DNA of 64,000 nucleotides from an uncultured virus (IMG/VR IMGVR_UViG_3300024239_000354) (Duplodnaviria > Heunggongvirae > Uroviricota > Caudoviricetes), in IMG/VR virus record IMGVR_UViG_3300024239_000354. The stretch is one strand, 5' to 3'. Positions 7,765 to 18,940 of the stretch are shown here, piece after piece. Under the pieces are notes generated by a model, which had not been told where the DNA came from, did no database searches, and saw nothing but the letters and a program-made list of their open reading frames with translations. Numbering within the stretch: the stretch's first letter is position 1; the number at the start of each line of letters is the position of its first letter. The position numbers were made by a program, and so were the translations under genes.

Positions 7765-10536
7765 ATGAAAGAGAATATCAAAGACGTACACCTCCACGAG
7801 GAACTAACGCGGTCCTATTTGGACTATGCAATGTCAACCATTGTGGCACGTTCCCTCCCTGATGTCCGTGATGGGTTTAAGCCGGTTCACCGTCGCATCC
7901 TTTTTGCGATGAAAGAGAACGGCTATGATTACGACAAGCCTTTCCGCAAATCCGCCCGCATTGTTGGTGACGTAATTGGTAAATACCACCCCCACGGCGA
8001 TTCTGCGGTGTATGAAGCCATGGTACGTATGGCACGTGATTGGTCGATGCGCCTGACCCTGGTCGAAGGTCAGGGCAACTTCGGTTCAATCGACGGCGAT
8101 CCCCCGGCAGCTATGAGGTACTGCGTCACCGGGGATACCCGAGTATGGGTTGATGGGCGACTTCCGCAAATCAACGGGTTGTCTGATACGATGGATGAAG
8201 CCGAGATCAACCTTAATGTCCTGTCGTATGATGGTCGGATCAATACCGCCACAAAATTCTTCAATTGCGGCGTCCATCCCGTTTGGAAACTGACGACTTA
8301 TGAAGGATTTAAGATTCGCGGTACTGGAAATCATCCAGTTTTGGTGATGGGTCAGTATGAAGGACTTCCCGTTATTGGGTGGAAATTATTGGATGAGGTG
8401 AAACCCGGCGATCTGGTCGCAATTCAGCGGGATTTCCCATCTACAAACATGGATGGGGATTTTGCCCAACTTCGCAAATACGCATTTTTGGCTGGGTGCT
8501 TGGTGTCTGAAGGATCATCACAGCCAAACCGCGTCACATTTAACAACACGGACAAAGAATTCTTTGATCGTTTTGTGGCGTATTATAAGGATGTGGTAGG
8601 TGGAGCATATTATATCAACGACCGTATTCTTCCGAGTGGCAAAACACTGTATGAATTTGACGTGCATAATCTCTCGCATTTCAATGATACTCCCTTGAAG
8701 GAAATCGTCGGTGATTATTCTGCTTACAAGCGGGTGCCGGAATTTATCTTCAATGCCCCTCGGGTTGCCCAAGTGGAATTTCTTCAAGCTTTGTTTGAAG
8801 GCGATGGTTCGGTATCCGTATTGGAACGAAATTCAATAACACTGACGTATTCAACGATCAGCCAGCAACTTGCCCAAGATATTCAACTTTTGTGCTTGGG
8901 GTTTGGTGTTGTCATGAAAATCGCACCATCAGAGAAACGGGACGAAACAAAAGTTTTCATCTCGAACTACCACACCTGTAAGCTTTTTGCAGAGCAAATT
9001 GGGTTTTACGGGACAAAACAAACCAAATTGACCCAAATTCTCAATGAGTTGGAACGCAGTCGGTCTGGGCGGTCGCTCAACCGAGATCGTATTCCCTATC
9101 TCAGCAATATTAAAAAATCGAACGAGCGTAATCGTTGGTTGCTTGAGAAAAAGAACATTGATACCTATGAGCGATTGGACCGTGATTACGATGAACTGTA
9201 TCAACTGTTTGATACAGTGAATAATGCTATTGTGGATCGTTATCGCCAACTAGGGTATTATTATGCCGAAGTCAAAACATGTGATCCGGACGGAGAGGAC
9301 AACGTGTATTCCATACGGGTAGATAGTCATTGCCACTCGTTCTTTGGAAATGGTTTTGTAAATCACAACACCGAAGCGCGTCTTGCTAAGGTAGCACAGT
9401 ATTTGGTGGGCGACCTTGAAAAGAATGCAGTCAACTGGCGTCCAAACTACGATGACAGTCAGCAGGAGCCAGAAGTCCTTCCGGCAGCGTTTCCTAATGT
9501 ATTAGTGAATGGTTCTGGTGGCATTGCGGTGGGCATGGCGACAAGTATCCCCACCCACAATTTAGTTGAAGTGATCGACGGTGTATGTGCTTATATTGAT
9601 AAGCCAAAAATTACGTTGTCCGATCTATTGAAAATTATCAAGGGTCCGGATTTCCCAACAGGTGGTAGTATTACCAACCCCGAAGCCATTCGTGAAATTT
9701 TTGAAACGGGTAAGGGCAGTGTAACCATGCGCGGCAAAGCGGTGGTTGAACAACTGACTCGTGCCCGGAAGGGTGTGGTGATCACGGAACTGCCTTATCA
9801 GGTGAATAAAAAAGCCATGATCGATAAAATCGTGGAACTAGCGAAAGACAAGAAGATTGAGGGTATCACCGATATTCGCGATGAATCTGACCGCGATGGT
9901 ATCCGGGTGGTGATTGAGATTCGCGCCGGGACGCCGCCGGATGATGTTCTTAGCAAGCTGTACAAGATGACTCCGCTTGAGTCGAATTTCGGCGTCAACA
10001 TGTTGGTTATCGATAAGGGGCGACCGGAGATTTACGGGCTTATTGATATCCTTCGCGTGTTTGTCGATTTCCGCAAGGAAGTGGTTACCCGCCGCTGCCA
10101 ATTTGATCTCGATGCTGCATCAAAACGCGCCCATGTATTGCTTGGTCTTTCGGTGGCAGTTGCAAATCTCGATCCAATCATCGACATGATCCGTGCTTCC
10201 GGTAGTCCCGCCGAAGCAAAAGAAAAATTGATGACGACGCCTTGGTCAGCTAAACATATTGAGCCGTTCTTAACCCTGGTCGAACCTACTGCTAAGCTGA
10301 GCCGTGGGAAATACACCCTGAGTGCGGAGCAGGCACAAGCCATTCTCGACCTTCGCTTGAACCGCCTGACCGGGTTGGAACGGGAAAAAATCGAGAAGGA
10401 ATTGAATGATCTAATCAGTTCTATTGCCAATTTGAATGCAATCCTGGGTTCTGAGAAAAAACTTCTCTCGGTCATCAAGGGGGAGCTTCAAGAAATCAAG
10501 AAGAACTATGGCACTCCCCGCCTAACCACGATTTGA
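7765..10536 (+). CDS. gyrA: type IIA topoisomerase subunit A (GyrA-like) with intein, lacking the C-terminal pinwheel
   Basis: [48 protein letters not shown]; extein is 507 aa ending YGTPRLTTI. Confidence 0.93.
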   Translation: MKENIKDVHLHEELTRSYLDYAMSTIVARSLPDVRDGFKPVHRRILFAMKENGYDYDKPFRKSARIVGDVIGKYHPHGDSAVYEAMVRMARDWSMRLTLVEGQGNFGSIDGDPPAAMRYCVTGDTRVWVDGRLPQINGLSDTMDEAEINLNVLSYDGRINTATKFFNCGVHPVWKLTTYEGFKIRGTGNHPVLVMGQYEGLPVIGWKLLDEVKPGDLVAIQRDFPSTNMDGDFAQLRKYAFLAGCLVSEGSSQPNRVTFNNTDKEFFDRFVAYYKDVVGGAYYINDRILPSGKTLYEFDVHNLSHFNDTPLKEIVGDYSAYKRVPEFIFNAPRVAQVEFLQALFEGDGSVSVLERNSITLTYSTISQQLAQDIQLLCLGFGVVMKIAPSEKRDETKVFISNYHTCKLFAEQIGFYGTKQTKLTQILNELERSRSGRSLNRDRIPYLSNIKKSNERNRWLLEKKNIDTYERLDRDYDELYQLFDTVNNAIVDRYRQLGYYYAEVKTCDPDGEDNVYSIRVDSHCHSFFGNGFVNHNTEARLAKVAQYLVGDLEKNAVNWRPNYDDSQQEPEVLPAAFPNVLVNGSGGIAVGMATSIPTHNLVEVIDGVCAYIDKPKITLSDLLKIIKGPDFPTGGSITNPEAIREIFETGKGSVTMRGKAVVEQLTRARKGVVITELPYQVNKKAMIDKIVELAKDKKIEGITDIRDESDRDGIRVVIEIRAGTPPDDVLSKLYKMTPLESNFGVNMLVIDKGRPEIYGLIDILRVFVDFRKEVVTRRCQFDLDAASKRAHVLLGLSVAVANLDPIIDMIRASGSPAEAKEKLMTTPWSAKHIEPFLTLVEPTAKLSRGKYTLSAEQAQAILDLRLNRLTGLEREKIEKELNDLISSIANLNAILGSEKKLLSVIKGELQEIKKNYGTPRLTTI
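8122..9369 (+). other. intein (416 aa) with LAGLIDADG homing endonuclease
   Basis: Starts CVTGDT immediately after catalytic Tyr119, ends VNHN|T; block [17 protein letters not shown] and [11 protein letters not shown] motifs. Confidence 0.93.
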
Positions 10537-10545
10537 GGGTAAAAC

Positions 10546-12009
10546 ATGCCTCTTTACGCATTTGGAAGCCGCGATTCATATGATCGCGTGACCACAAACG
10601 TTTGCGCCGGGGACGAAAAGGAAGCGTTTGCGGTATGGGTGAAAGAAGCTACCCATGCCTATGTGTTGAGAGGCATGCGCCCACAAATCGAAGAATACTT
10701 CGAGGCGTACCGTTCGACCACCGTTCTTGAATCGGTCAGCAGTCCAGAATTCAAGGGTCTGAAGCATGTCCGCATTTTCTCGCACATAGACGAACAGCAG
10801 CAAGCGCAGTTCATTGCGAAGCACGGTATCAAGATGCTCTCCAAGCAGAAATGTATGGAGTACCAGACCGCGATGTTCGAAGGGCGTCCTGAAGATCAGT
10901 GGATCAATGATACTGGGTTGGCGCCCGAAACGTCTGCCGAGCGCATTACCATCGGTGATGTCATTGGCGGCATACCAGAAAAACTCGCTGAGAAGCCCGT
11001 ACAGGGCGGAAAGACGCCAGACGCCTCCGTTGGTGGCGAAGAGAGCATCATGGGCGTCATGGATATCCGCAAGAGCGCCAATGAGGTTAATCTGATCGCG
11101 ACCTACAAGCCGATCAAGTTGATCGCAGTATTTGTGGACAACGTTACCGATGATGAATGCTGGCAGACCTTTATGGAGAAAACTGGCGGGGAATGCTGCT
11201 ATAACAAAAATTGTGTCGCCGTCCCCGAGCGCCATCTTAAAACCTTGAAGGAACTCTTCCCAGACGTTGAACCGGTTGAGATCATCAAAAAAGATCACAC
11301 CTGGGTTTACGACTACATCACCAAGAAGAACGAAGAGGCAAATACCAAGGCGGATGCCATCGTTGCCCAGAACCATGAGTTACGGCTGCAATCGAGCATC
11401 CAAAACGCCATGTCGGTACTGGGCGTTGATTCAATACCAGACGATACTACCACGTTGAGCGAAGAGGCAAAGATGCTGCTAGATGCGGTGTCGAAGCTGG
11501 TTCTCGATTTTCGTGGTCGGGCATCACAACCTCAAGTCGAGCATGCGGTATCGACTGCCGTTACCCTAGTGGATGGTAATGATACGACCGCTGTTCTCAA
11601 TAAAGCTCGTGACCTTCTGTTCGACATGCTGTTGGGTGCGAAGGAAGACCCCTCGGCACCAGACGCCGATGAGGTGTCATCGGTTGATGAAACTGCGCTG
11701 AACCGCACGATGTTGCACATGGACTACATGCCCGGCAGCGTGGTTGAATTTCTTGAATCCCGTGGTTATGCGGATCAGCGCATTGACTGCTACGATTACC
11801 CAGAAGAAGCAATGGTTGCTGGAAATATCACCCTACCTGCGGGGAAATACGAAATTCCGTTCGCGCAGAATGCCCGCCTCTGCGCTACGCTATCCATGGA
11901 CGGTGGGAATAAAACCATGATATACCGTCGTCGGAATTCTAACGAACCAGCACACATCGTGGTCTATCGCCCGAATACTGCTCGCCGGTTCGAAATCATC
12001 CGCGCGTGA
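10546..12009 (+). CDS. hypothetical protein (487 aa)
   Basis: GAGG RBS; tightly packed behind gyrA. Confidence 0.8.
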   Translation: MPLYAFGSRDSYDRVTTNVCAGDEKEAFAVWVKEATHAYVLRGMRPQIEEYFEAYRSTTVLESVSSPEFKGLKHVRIFSHIDEQQQAQFIAKHGIKMLSKQKCMEYQTAMFEGRPEDQWINDTGLAPETSAERITIGDVIGGIPEKLAEKPVQGGKTPDASVGGEESIMGVMDIRKSANEVNLIATYKPIKLIAVFVDNVTDDECWQTFMEKTGGECCYNKNCVAVPERHLKTLKELFPDVEPVEIIKKDHTWVYDYITKKNEEANTKADAIVAQNHELRLQSSIQNAMSVLGVDSIPDDTTTLSEEAKMLLDAVSKLVLDFRGRASQPQVEHAVSTAVTLVDGNDTTAVLNKARDLLFDMLLGAKEDPSAPDADEVSSVDETALNRTMLHMDYMPGSVVEFLESRGYADQRIDCYDYPEEAMVAGNITLPAGKYEIPFAQNARLCATLSMDGGNKTMIYRRRNSNEPAHIVVYRPNTARRFEIIRA

Positions 12010-12015
12010 GGAAAC

Positions 12016-12735
12016 ATGTCAAACGAACGTATTTTTTCTGCCGCCATTGCCGATGATCCGGTGAATTTGTCACCTTTTCATCAGCTTAATTTTGGGGCAG
12101 CGGCAATCCATTCAGTTCCCGTTAATGTTCTGCCAGATGTACTGCACGGGTTGGAACTTGATATAATCCGCTGCATTTACTTGTTGGAAAGCCATCAAAC
12201 CACGCTGATGGCGGATAGCGATTTCCTTTATTTTAGGTCGGTGATTGGTACTGCTATCAATGTCATTTCGCGGGCATGGGAGCGCGTCGATGGATGGTCC
12301 CGGTGGCAACCGATTACGCACACCCTTCCGCCGGTTCCGATACGAAATCTCGTTGAAGCGTATGTGTACACTGATAAACCCTGTGATGATTGGGGTGCGA
12401 ACCTGATCACCAAGGCTAACAATGCCTGGGCGGAACAGGCTGAAAAACCGATTGACCTTCGAGGGCATCTTGCGTGCGCCATTGCTCGCGCGGTGAATGT
12501 CCACCACTGGAATACCAATTATTGGCTCAAGCAAGCTGATGTTGTGGTTGCTGAATTCAGTACCGACACAGAAGTTCTGGCGCGTGCCCTGTGTGTTGCC
12601 AATGACGTTGACCCCGACAAGGAGTCGGAGGGAATTGGCGGTGTAATTCCAAAGGGGCAAAAATACAAGCTGTGGGAAGCTTGGGTGCCATATGCCCACG
12701 CCGCGAATGCGGTAATGGCGAAAGAGGACTCATGA
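12016..12735 (+). CDS. hypothetical protein
   Basis: GAGG RBS; operon packing. Confidence 0.75.
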   Translation: MSNERIFSAAIADDPVNLSPFHQLNFGAAAIHSVPVNVLPDVLHGLELDIIRCIYLLESHQTTLMADSDFLYFRSVIGTAINVISRAWERVDGWSRWQPITHTLPPVPIRNLVEAYVYTDKPCDDWGANLITKANNAWAEQAEKPIDLRGHLACAIARAVNVHHWNTNYWLKQADVVVAEFSTDTEVLARALCVANDVDPDKESEGIGGVIPKGQKYKLWEAWVPYAHAANAVMAKEDS

Positions 12736-13409
12736 CCTCTTCGATCCACGATTTTCTGGAATCGCTTGATCCTGTAAACGGTACCATCGACACAAGCACC
12801 ACCGATGGTACCGAGATTGCATACATTCGTCCGTGTCATGTATCGGCGGTGTTCTCTATCCCGCACAAGGTTGATGACAAGATTGTTAGCGACAGTCATT
12901 ACGTGATCAATTGGGATCACTTCACGTTTGAGTTTGGCGACAACCTTCACTCAGTTGACTTTGTGAACGATTGCCTCTGGTTTGATAATGGGGTACGGAC
13001 ATTCGCCACACTTGCCCCTAGTCTGTCCATCCAAACGCCATTAGTACGTGAAAAAATTGGCGCTCTATTGCGTAAACTGATCAGGAATGAAACCGTCGTA
13101 GAGGACATCCTTTCCCGATCCGAGGATGACATTGACTATTGCAGTGAAACAAACCGGAATTGCTTTAGTAGTGTTCATGATCATTGGTTTAATGATGAAG
13201 ATTTCCCCGATCACGGAACCATGGATGTTGCTGCCCTTCATTACCTGCCTGCACATCTGAAACTTGACAACCTTGAACCCTGGCACAACGTAAAAATGCT
13301 ATGGTGGTGTAATAATTTCTGCCGTGGAAAAGTTTACTTTGTTCATACTCACTGGTCGGTGTGGACAAAGAAGGATGATCTTGTGAGATTTCGCCTTACC
13401 TTCGCCTGA
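12732..13409 (+). CDS. hypothetical protein
   Basis: ATGA overlap with the upstream gene; GAGGA RBS. Confidence 0.75.
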   Translation: MTSSIHDFLESLDPVNGTIDTSTTDGTEIAYIRPCHVSAVFSIPHKVDDKIVSDSHYVINWDHFTFEFGDNLHSVDFVNDCLWFDNGVRTFATLAPSLSIQTPLVREKIGALLRKLIRNETVVEDILSRSEDDIDYCSETNRNCFSSVHDHWFNDEDFPDHGTMDVAALHYLPAHLKLDNLEPWHNVKMLWWCNNFCRGKVYFVHTHWSVWTKKDDLVRFRLTFA

Positions 13410-13430
13410 TAAATATTGGTGAGGTGAACC

Positions 13431-14189
13431 ATGGCTGACCGTAATGATGAATATGAAGGCGATCTTCCTGAGGATAATTCCCAGGATACCGGCACTGAAA
13501 ACATAGATACCGATATCCCGGAGGATCAGGATGATTCAACAGATAGTAGGGATGATCAACGTGGCTCGTTGGATGGCGAAAGACTGACCAGATCATTAAG
13601 GGGATTGGCTTCCACCATAGAACATGGCGCGACGGTTTTAAGCGCCACTCGTAAGAAAAAACCATCTTTGATGGCGTTTGATACGCCATCAATTAATCCA
13701 GTTCCACAATCCACCGTTACACAAAAACCACGGTCGCGAATTGTCATTTGGATTTTATTACCAATTTTCTTTGCTATGGGTGTAACCCTTGGTATGGCAC
13801 TGCCGGATTTTCAAGCACAAACCCCAACACCGCAAAAAGTTACTTCACCGACGACGCCCAAAAAAACACCAGTTGAATATCCAGAAACGGTAACTGAAAA
13901 ATATTTTACCGTAGATCACATTGAAACCAACCTCGCGGGTGGTCAGAAGGTGGTTAACCTTGATGTATTACTTCGTTATGATGCGGTCAGAGATCAAAAA
14001 GACCTTGAACGTAACAAAGTAAAACTTCGTGCGGTGCTAGTTGAAATCTGTCACGGAACTACGCCGAGTCAATTGAATACCCAAAAAGGCTTAAAGCAAT
14101 TCTCAGATAAAATTGCAGTAGAGTTTGAAAAGATAGTTGGGCACAAAATCATTGAAGAAGTTTTAATCACTTCAATTCTTGTGAAATAG
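13431..14189 (+). CDS. FliL-like membrane protein
   Basis: Acidic N-terminus, single TM helix, C-terminal IETNL..LRAVLVE..LNTQKG..FSDKI..IEEVLITSILV matching the FliL pattern. Confidence 0.7.
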   Translation: MADRNDEYEGDLPEDNSQDTGTENIDTDIPEDQDDSTDSRDDQRGSLDGERLTRSLRGLASTIEHGATVLSATRKKKPSLMAFDTPSINPVPQSTVTQKPRSRIVIWILLPIFFAMGVTLGMALPDFQAQTPTPQKVTSPTTPKKTPVEYPETVTEKYFTVDHIETNLAGGQKVVNLDVLLRYDAVRDQKDLERNKVKLRAVLVEICHGTTPSQLNTQKGLKQFSDKIAVEFEKIVGHKIIEEVLITSILVK

Positions 14190-14245
14190 AAATTGAAGTG
14201 ATTTTACCCGCTGAGTAAAATCCCGCGTAACAAGAGGGATTTGTA

Positions 14246-14443
14246 ATGGACCGTATCGGCATCATACTTCAAATAATTTTGATTATTGGAAAGCTCACCG
14301 GGTTTCTTACGTTTTCTTGGTGGTGGATTTTTACGCCAATTTACTGTGTAGTGGTTTTTTGGGTAATTTTCATGATCGTAGCGTTGTGGGATGTGGAGTT
14401 CGATGGCTTAGATTTCACGTTCGATAAACGGGAGCGTTGGTAA
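14246..14443 (+). CDS. small membrane protein
   Basis: KLTG..FSWWWIFTP, two hydrophobic segments. Confidence 0.7.
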   Translation: MDRIGIILQIILIIGKLTGFLTFSWWWIFTPIYCVVVFWVIFMIVALWDVEFDGLDFTFDKRERW

Positions 14444-14701
14444 ATGGCGGTTTTTGAGATTGATATTGATGATGTCGATGCCATTGACCGTATCATCCTG
14501 ACCGCTTGTGGGATGTCGTTCTATCCCAAACATGAAATTCAGGGCAAGGTCATACCAAATGAAGACGCAAAGGAAATCCTGAAGCGATTGCTCAAGGATG
14601 CACCAGATGATAGTGTTCTGACAGTATGCGACCTCGGAAAATACACCCTCAAGGTTTCAGCGGGCGAGTATATCTTTTATGCTACTCTTGAAGCAATTTG
14701 A
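14444..14701 (+). CDS. hypothetical protein
   Basis: Abuts the upstream stop; GGAG RBS. Confidence 0.65.
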   Translation: MAVFEIDIDDVDAIDRIILTACGMSFYPKHEIQGKVIPNEDAKEILKRLLKDAPDDSVLTVCDLGKYTLKVSAGEYIFYATLEAI

Positions 14702-14911
14702 TACACTGTACCCAACCCCAAGTGATCCTATTACCGCAGCAACCGCCATACCAATTTGGGATAGCCGCGCGATAAGGCAGATCATATCATCGCGTTGGTG
14801 GGTGTAATCAAGAATGCTTTGCACCCCAAAGATACTGGCAAGCGATATGGCGACAACCACCAGTGTTGCCCATATCGCTATCCCAGTCTTATCATCCACC
14901 ACCAGTGTCAC
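14657..14911 (-). CDS. small membrane protein
   Basis: Two hydrophobic segments; GTGA overlap with the upstream gene. Confidence 0.5.
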   Translation of the reverse strand: MTLVVDDKTGIAIWATLVVVAISLASIFGVQSILDYTHQRDDMICLIARLSQIGMAVAAVIGSLGVGYSVSNCFKSSIKDILAR

Positions 14912-15453
14912 CGAATGTTCAAATAGTGGGCGAAATAGTCCACCAATGCGGTATCTTTGAGAGCCGCCACGGTCTGTGCCGCACCGGTATTGGTACGTTC
15001 GATCTTTCGTGCCTCTTCATCGGTCACAAACCGTTTGCCTTTCTCACGACGTTCAGTGTTCTGCGAAACTGCCTGTTCGACCGGCGCATCAATGTACGCG
15101 AGAATGGTGGTATATCCCATCATTTTCGCGTAGTGCAGTCGGTTTATAGCATTACCGAGATTACTCGACGTACCCATGGCGATGAGACATTCCTTGCGTC
15201 CCATCATCATGTCGATCTCTTTGCCGATGATCTGCATGGCGTGGTGAAACTGCACACCGGTGTAATCGGTGTAGCTCATCCGCTCCATGACATCATCCAC
15301 ATCCATGATCTTGATGGAATGGATATGTTCCTTCACCACGTGGTTCTTTCCGGAGGCGATACCGCCAGCGATCATCACGTAGCGAGGGCGCGATTGCAGA
15401 TTATCAATCTGCCAGAGGTGTATTGCTTTGCTCATAGTGTTATTACGGTACAA
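14908..15453 (-). CDS. P-loop kinase (AAA_33/zeta-toxin-like)
   Basis: Walker A GGIASGKN, DVDD, RREKGKRFV lid-like motif. Confidence 0.75.
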   Translation of the reverse strand: MYRNNTMSKAIHLWQIDNLQSRPRYVMIAGGIASGKNHVVKEHIHSIKIMDVDDVMERMSYTDYTGVQFHHAMQIIGKEIDMMMGRKECLIAMGTSSNLGNAINRLHYAKMMGYTTILAYIDAPVEQAVSQNTERREKGKRFVTDEEARKIERTNTGAAQTVAALKDTALVDYFAHYLNIR

Positions 15454-15469
15454 TGAGATACACGAAACG

Positions 15470-16840
15470 TCAATCCTTCAACGCCATTAATTGCCCAAGA
15501 CACCGCTCAACAGATTTTTGCTGTATCCACATAGCTCGTTCTTTTTGCTTGGTTATTTTCCCAGGTGTGGCGAGACGCTGAACAAGGTATTGAACCATCG
15601 CAACAATCACTCGACGGGCATCAAACAGAAGAGGGTGAAGGTATTTAAGCATTTGAACGGTGACTTCTATTTGCTGTAAGAAATCCTCAGCAATACGGTC
15701 ATCTGTAAATTTATTCTCGGTGGTATCTACCACATCTTTGACCGCTTCAATAATCTGGTTATTGATTGCACGAAGGGTGGGGTGATTTTTAAACTTATCC
15801 AGCAGCGCCGGTTTGATACGAACCATTGCAGCAATGTCGTTCAAAATAGCAGAATGTGTCATCACCCAAAAATGATGGTGATTGCTGACCAATGGCTCCG
15901 GTGTCCATTGACTAATAAGTGATTTAAACTTTGCCTCCATCCCGGTGGCACGGTGGCTGTATGCTCGCAACTGTTTGAGTGGTACGTGAATGCGTTCACC
16001 TTTGTAAATCAAGTTCCCAGAATCTTTATCAATGTATTTCTCGACAAATTTGTGAACCAAAGGCAATTCCCACACCACATCGTCGCTGAAAGGTGTCCCA
16101 ACTTTGAACAGTTTCGCCACATCATCATCGGACTTGACCAATGACGGTAACAAATCACGCCCAAATGCATCAAGGTCTGGTTTTGAAACTTTGCGATCCA
16201 GCCAACGGTGGATAAAGTCGTTTGTTAGGGCGTCAAGTGTAGTGATCTGTGTAGTTAGGGTTTCCCGCCACGTTTCCTTGGTCAACGGATAAAAAATCTC
16301 AACGGCAACAACTGGAATTTCTCCCTTTAGAATAATCTCTTGTTCAAGGCTGTAGGGAGGTTTGCGCCACTGTGGATTAACCTTGGTTTCGTCACCATCC
16401 TTGTACGTCTTCACAATGACCTGTTCTGGGGATGGACGCAACGACACCAATGCAGAACCAAAAAGTCCAGCCGAGCCGCGCTCAATGGCGTCTTTCAGTT
16501 CCCACATCATGGACATTTCATCGTATGACTTGACGTATAGTGCAAAAGACATTGCTTCGCTGTAATTATGGCTGGCGGATTCGAGATTTAATGGAAGTGT
16601 TCCCCCATTGGACTTGATTTTCTCAAGTCGTTCAAGCAGATCGCGATTATTAATCTTGAGTCCACGATATACCGTACCAACCGGAACGTTACCGTATTTA
16701 CTCCTAGCTTCCTCGATTTCAGACGCAGACCACCCAAGATATTGCTCGTTCCGTACCCAATTATAAATGTCACGGTCGATGCCAGTATATTTCTCGGCGC
16801 CTTCAAAGTCGTAGGCTTCAAACAGATCACGAATTTTCAT
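15470..16840 (-). CDS. leader-bearing ADP-ribosyltransferase-like protein (R-S-E clade)
   Basis: MKIRDLFE leader; VYRGL, ESAS, EQEIIL motifs; TAAATA on the minus strand at 16878-16883. Confidence 0.7.
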   Translation of the reverse strand: MKIRDLFEAYDFEGAEKYTGIDRDIYNWVRNEQYLGWSASEIEEARSKYGNVPVGTVYRGLKINNRDLLERLEKIKSNGGTLPLNLESASHNYSEAMSFALYVKSYDEMSMMWELKDAIERGSAGLFGSALVSLRPSPEQVIVKTYKDGDETKVNPQWRKPPYSLEQEIILKGEIPVVAVEIFYPLTKETWRETLTTQITTLDALTNDFIHRWLDRKVSKPDLDAFGRDLLPSLVKSDDDVAKLFKVGTPFSDDVVWELPLVHKFVEKYIDKDSGNLIYKGERIHVPLKQLRAYSHRATGMEAKFKSLISQWTPEPLVSNHHHFWVMTHSAILNDIAAMVRIKPALLDKFKNHPTLRAINNQIIEAVKDVVDTTENKFTDDRIAEDFLQQIEVTVQMLKYLHPLLFDARRVIVAMVQYLVQRLATPGKITKQKERAMWIQQKSVERCLGQLMALKD

Positions 16841-16882
16841 GTGCTAAATATTCCGGTATGGCTTTGCTAACGAGGAATATTT

Positions 16883-17404
16883 ATGCATATTGCAATCTTC
16901 TGTGGGGCGTCTGATAAGGCACTTCCTGAATATAAGAAACTTGCGTTCAATATTGGGTCTACTCTTGGTGCTGCTGGACATAACTTGGTGTATGGCGGTG
17001 GTATAAGTGGATTAATGGGTGAGGTTTCAAAGGGGTTCCGTCAGCACGGCGCCACCGTTTTAGGCGTAACATTGAAGGAATTCCATTCGCCGCTGGATAT
17101 GGATCACGCCGATGAAATGGTGATTGCATTAGACATCATTCACCGAAAAACGTTGATGTGTGAACGGGCAGAAGCATATGTTGTGCTGCCCGGCAGTTTT
17201 GGAACGTTCGATGAAGTCACGTGGGTTATGGCCGAAGCGCAATATGGAACGGAAACGAAGCCAATTATTTGCGTAACTGATTTTTTCTCTCCTGTGAAAG
17301 ATTTGATAGAACGTATGATTGAAGCCCGTCTTGCGCCGATTTCACTGCGAGACAGAATTCAATTTGTCGAAACCCCCGAAGAAGTTCTTGCGGCATTGCA
17401 TTGA
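16883..17404 (+). CDS. LOG family nucleotide phosphoribohydrolase
   Basis: IFCGAS, LVYGGG..GLMG, RK, LPGSFGTFDE. Confidence 0.9.
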   Translation: MHIAIFCGASDKALPEYKKLAFNIGSTLGAAGHNLVYGGGISGLMGEVSKGFRQHGATVLGVTLKEFHSPLDMDHADEMVIALDIIHRKTLMCERAEAYVVLPGSFGTFDEVTWVMAEAQYGTETKPIICVTDFFSPVKDLIERMIEARLAPISLRDRIQFVETPEEVLAALH

Positions 17405-17459
17405 CATGTTTGTCGTGGCTGGGTAGGATAAACCCCTTCGCAACCACGGATTCAATCAG

Positions 17460-18557
17460 GTGTCGCATTCGAGTAACGTGGCGGTTTACCGATCCGCCCT
17501 AGCTAATATCGGTATTGCCATCTTCAAAATTGGCGGTGGTATCGCATGTCAATCATCCGTCATGATTGGCGAGGGTATCCACTCCATCGTTGACACCCTC
17601 AATCAGCTTCTTCTTCTGGTGGGTCGTTGGATGGCGAAGAAACCCGCCAGTGAGAAAAACCCACTAGGACATCATAAGGCGCCATTTTTCTTCGGTGTGA
17701 TCATTGCGACGTTCATCTTCTATATGGGGTCGATGTTCACCGGGTATGAAGGCATTCATTCATGGATGCATCCAGAACCGATCAACTATGCGCCGGTCAT
17801 GGTCGTAGGTTTTGAAATCCCCCGTCTGGTGATTTTGCTTTGCATCATCATTGGGGCAATGGCATTTGAAGCCTGGGCGCTCAAGGGTGCCATTGACGAA
17901 GTTCAAGAAAAATTTCCCGGATTGTCATTAGTAGGTGCGGTACGCGCATCAAAAGACCCGGCTGACATCATCCTCGTTTTTGAGGATACTGCTGCATTGG
18001 TCGGACTTACCATCGCATTTGTCGGCGTTTCCATGGCATATTATACCGGCAACCCGTTGTGGGATGCAGGCGGTACGATCATGATTTCCGTCCTACTGCT
18101 TGTGGTATCAGCGGTGTTGCTGCGGAAACTGTACAGCCTGGAAATAGGTGAATCGGCTGATCCGGTCACGCTGGAACGTATTCGTGGCGTGGTATTGAAT
18201 GCCAACTATTTTAAATTCGAGCAGGATGGCGAACCGCTTCGCGAACGACCCGGCATCGAACGTATCAATGAACTGGTGACCATTCATCATGGTCCGAACC
18301 AAATCATCGTCCTCGTTTCACTGGACTTCAAGGACAAAATCGGCAGCAAACATATTGAAGCTTTGGTGTCCCAGATCGACCGCGATCTGAAGGAAATATC
18401 GTCGGTTATAAAGGTTTTCGTGGAAGCGCAGAATTACGTTTCCCACCTCGATATCCTCAATGAGGATGGTGATGACGATGAGGATGGCGAGAAGCGGTTT
18501 GAAGCCTTTGAGCCGGATACCGACGACAGCACGGTTGCGAATGGCACTCACGGGTAA
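17460..18557 (+). CDS. cation diffusion facilitator (CDF) transporter
   Basis: About six TM segments, HSIVD and FEDTAA metal-site motifs, C-terminal dimerisation domain; TTGACA-17-TAGGAT at 17401-17429. Confidence 0.9.
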   Translation: MSHSSNVAVYRSALANIGIAIFKIGGGIACQSSVMIGEGIHSIVDTLNQLLLLVGRWMAKKPASEKNPLGHHKAPFFFGVIIATFIFYMGSMFTGYEGIHSWMHPEPINYAPVMVVGFEIPRLVILLCIIIGAMAFEAWALKGAIDEVQEKFPGLSLVGAVRASKDPADIILVFEDTAALVGLTIAFVGVSMAYYTGNPLWDAGGTIMISVLLLVVSAVLLRKLYSLEIGESADPVTLERIRGVVLNANYFKFEQDGEPLRERPGIERINELVTIHHGPNQIIVLVSLDFKDKIGSKHIEALVSQIDRDLKEISSVIKVFVEAQNYVSHLDILNEDGDDDEDGEKRFEAFEPDTDDSTVANGTHG

Positions 18558-18567
18558 ACGCCCTCGT

Positions 18568-18882
18568 ATGGACCTGTGCGAGTGTTGTAAGGGCTATCTT
18601 GCACACTCGTACATGGTTCATGACCATTTGTGGGAAGGGATTGGACTTTCCACCGAAATCCTTTGCTTGAAATGTCTGGAAGCCCGCCTGGGACGTTCTC
18701 TAACCGTCGATGACTTCGTTGTCGGACTTCCGATTAATGATTTTATTTTTGATACCATAGCAATACTTGGTATCCACCCAGACCTCTGTGTCGAACACAT
18801 GAAAGCACGGCGTGAACATTTACGAATAATGAAATTAAGATATCCTGATTACTTTGCCTCATTCAATTTCCACGAAAATTGA
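18568..18882 (+). CDS. hypothetical Cys-rich protein
   Basis: CECC..YMVHD.LW..LCLKCLEARLGR.L...DF. Confidence 0.65.
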   Translation: MDLCECCKGYLAHSYMVHDHLWEGIGLSTEILCLKCLEARLGRSLTVDDFVVGLPINDFIFDTIAILGIHPDLCVEHMKARREHLRIMKLRYPDYFASFNFHEN

Positions 18883-18940
18883 CCCAATCCTGATCCTGAC
18901 ATATGCTACCTTGAACAAGAGCAATGTAGGTATGGTAACG

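Noticed and set aside
10576..11376. 266-aa minus-strand ORF
   Set aside because: Antisense to the operon-packed 10546..12009 gene.
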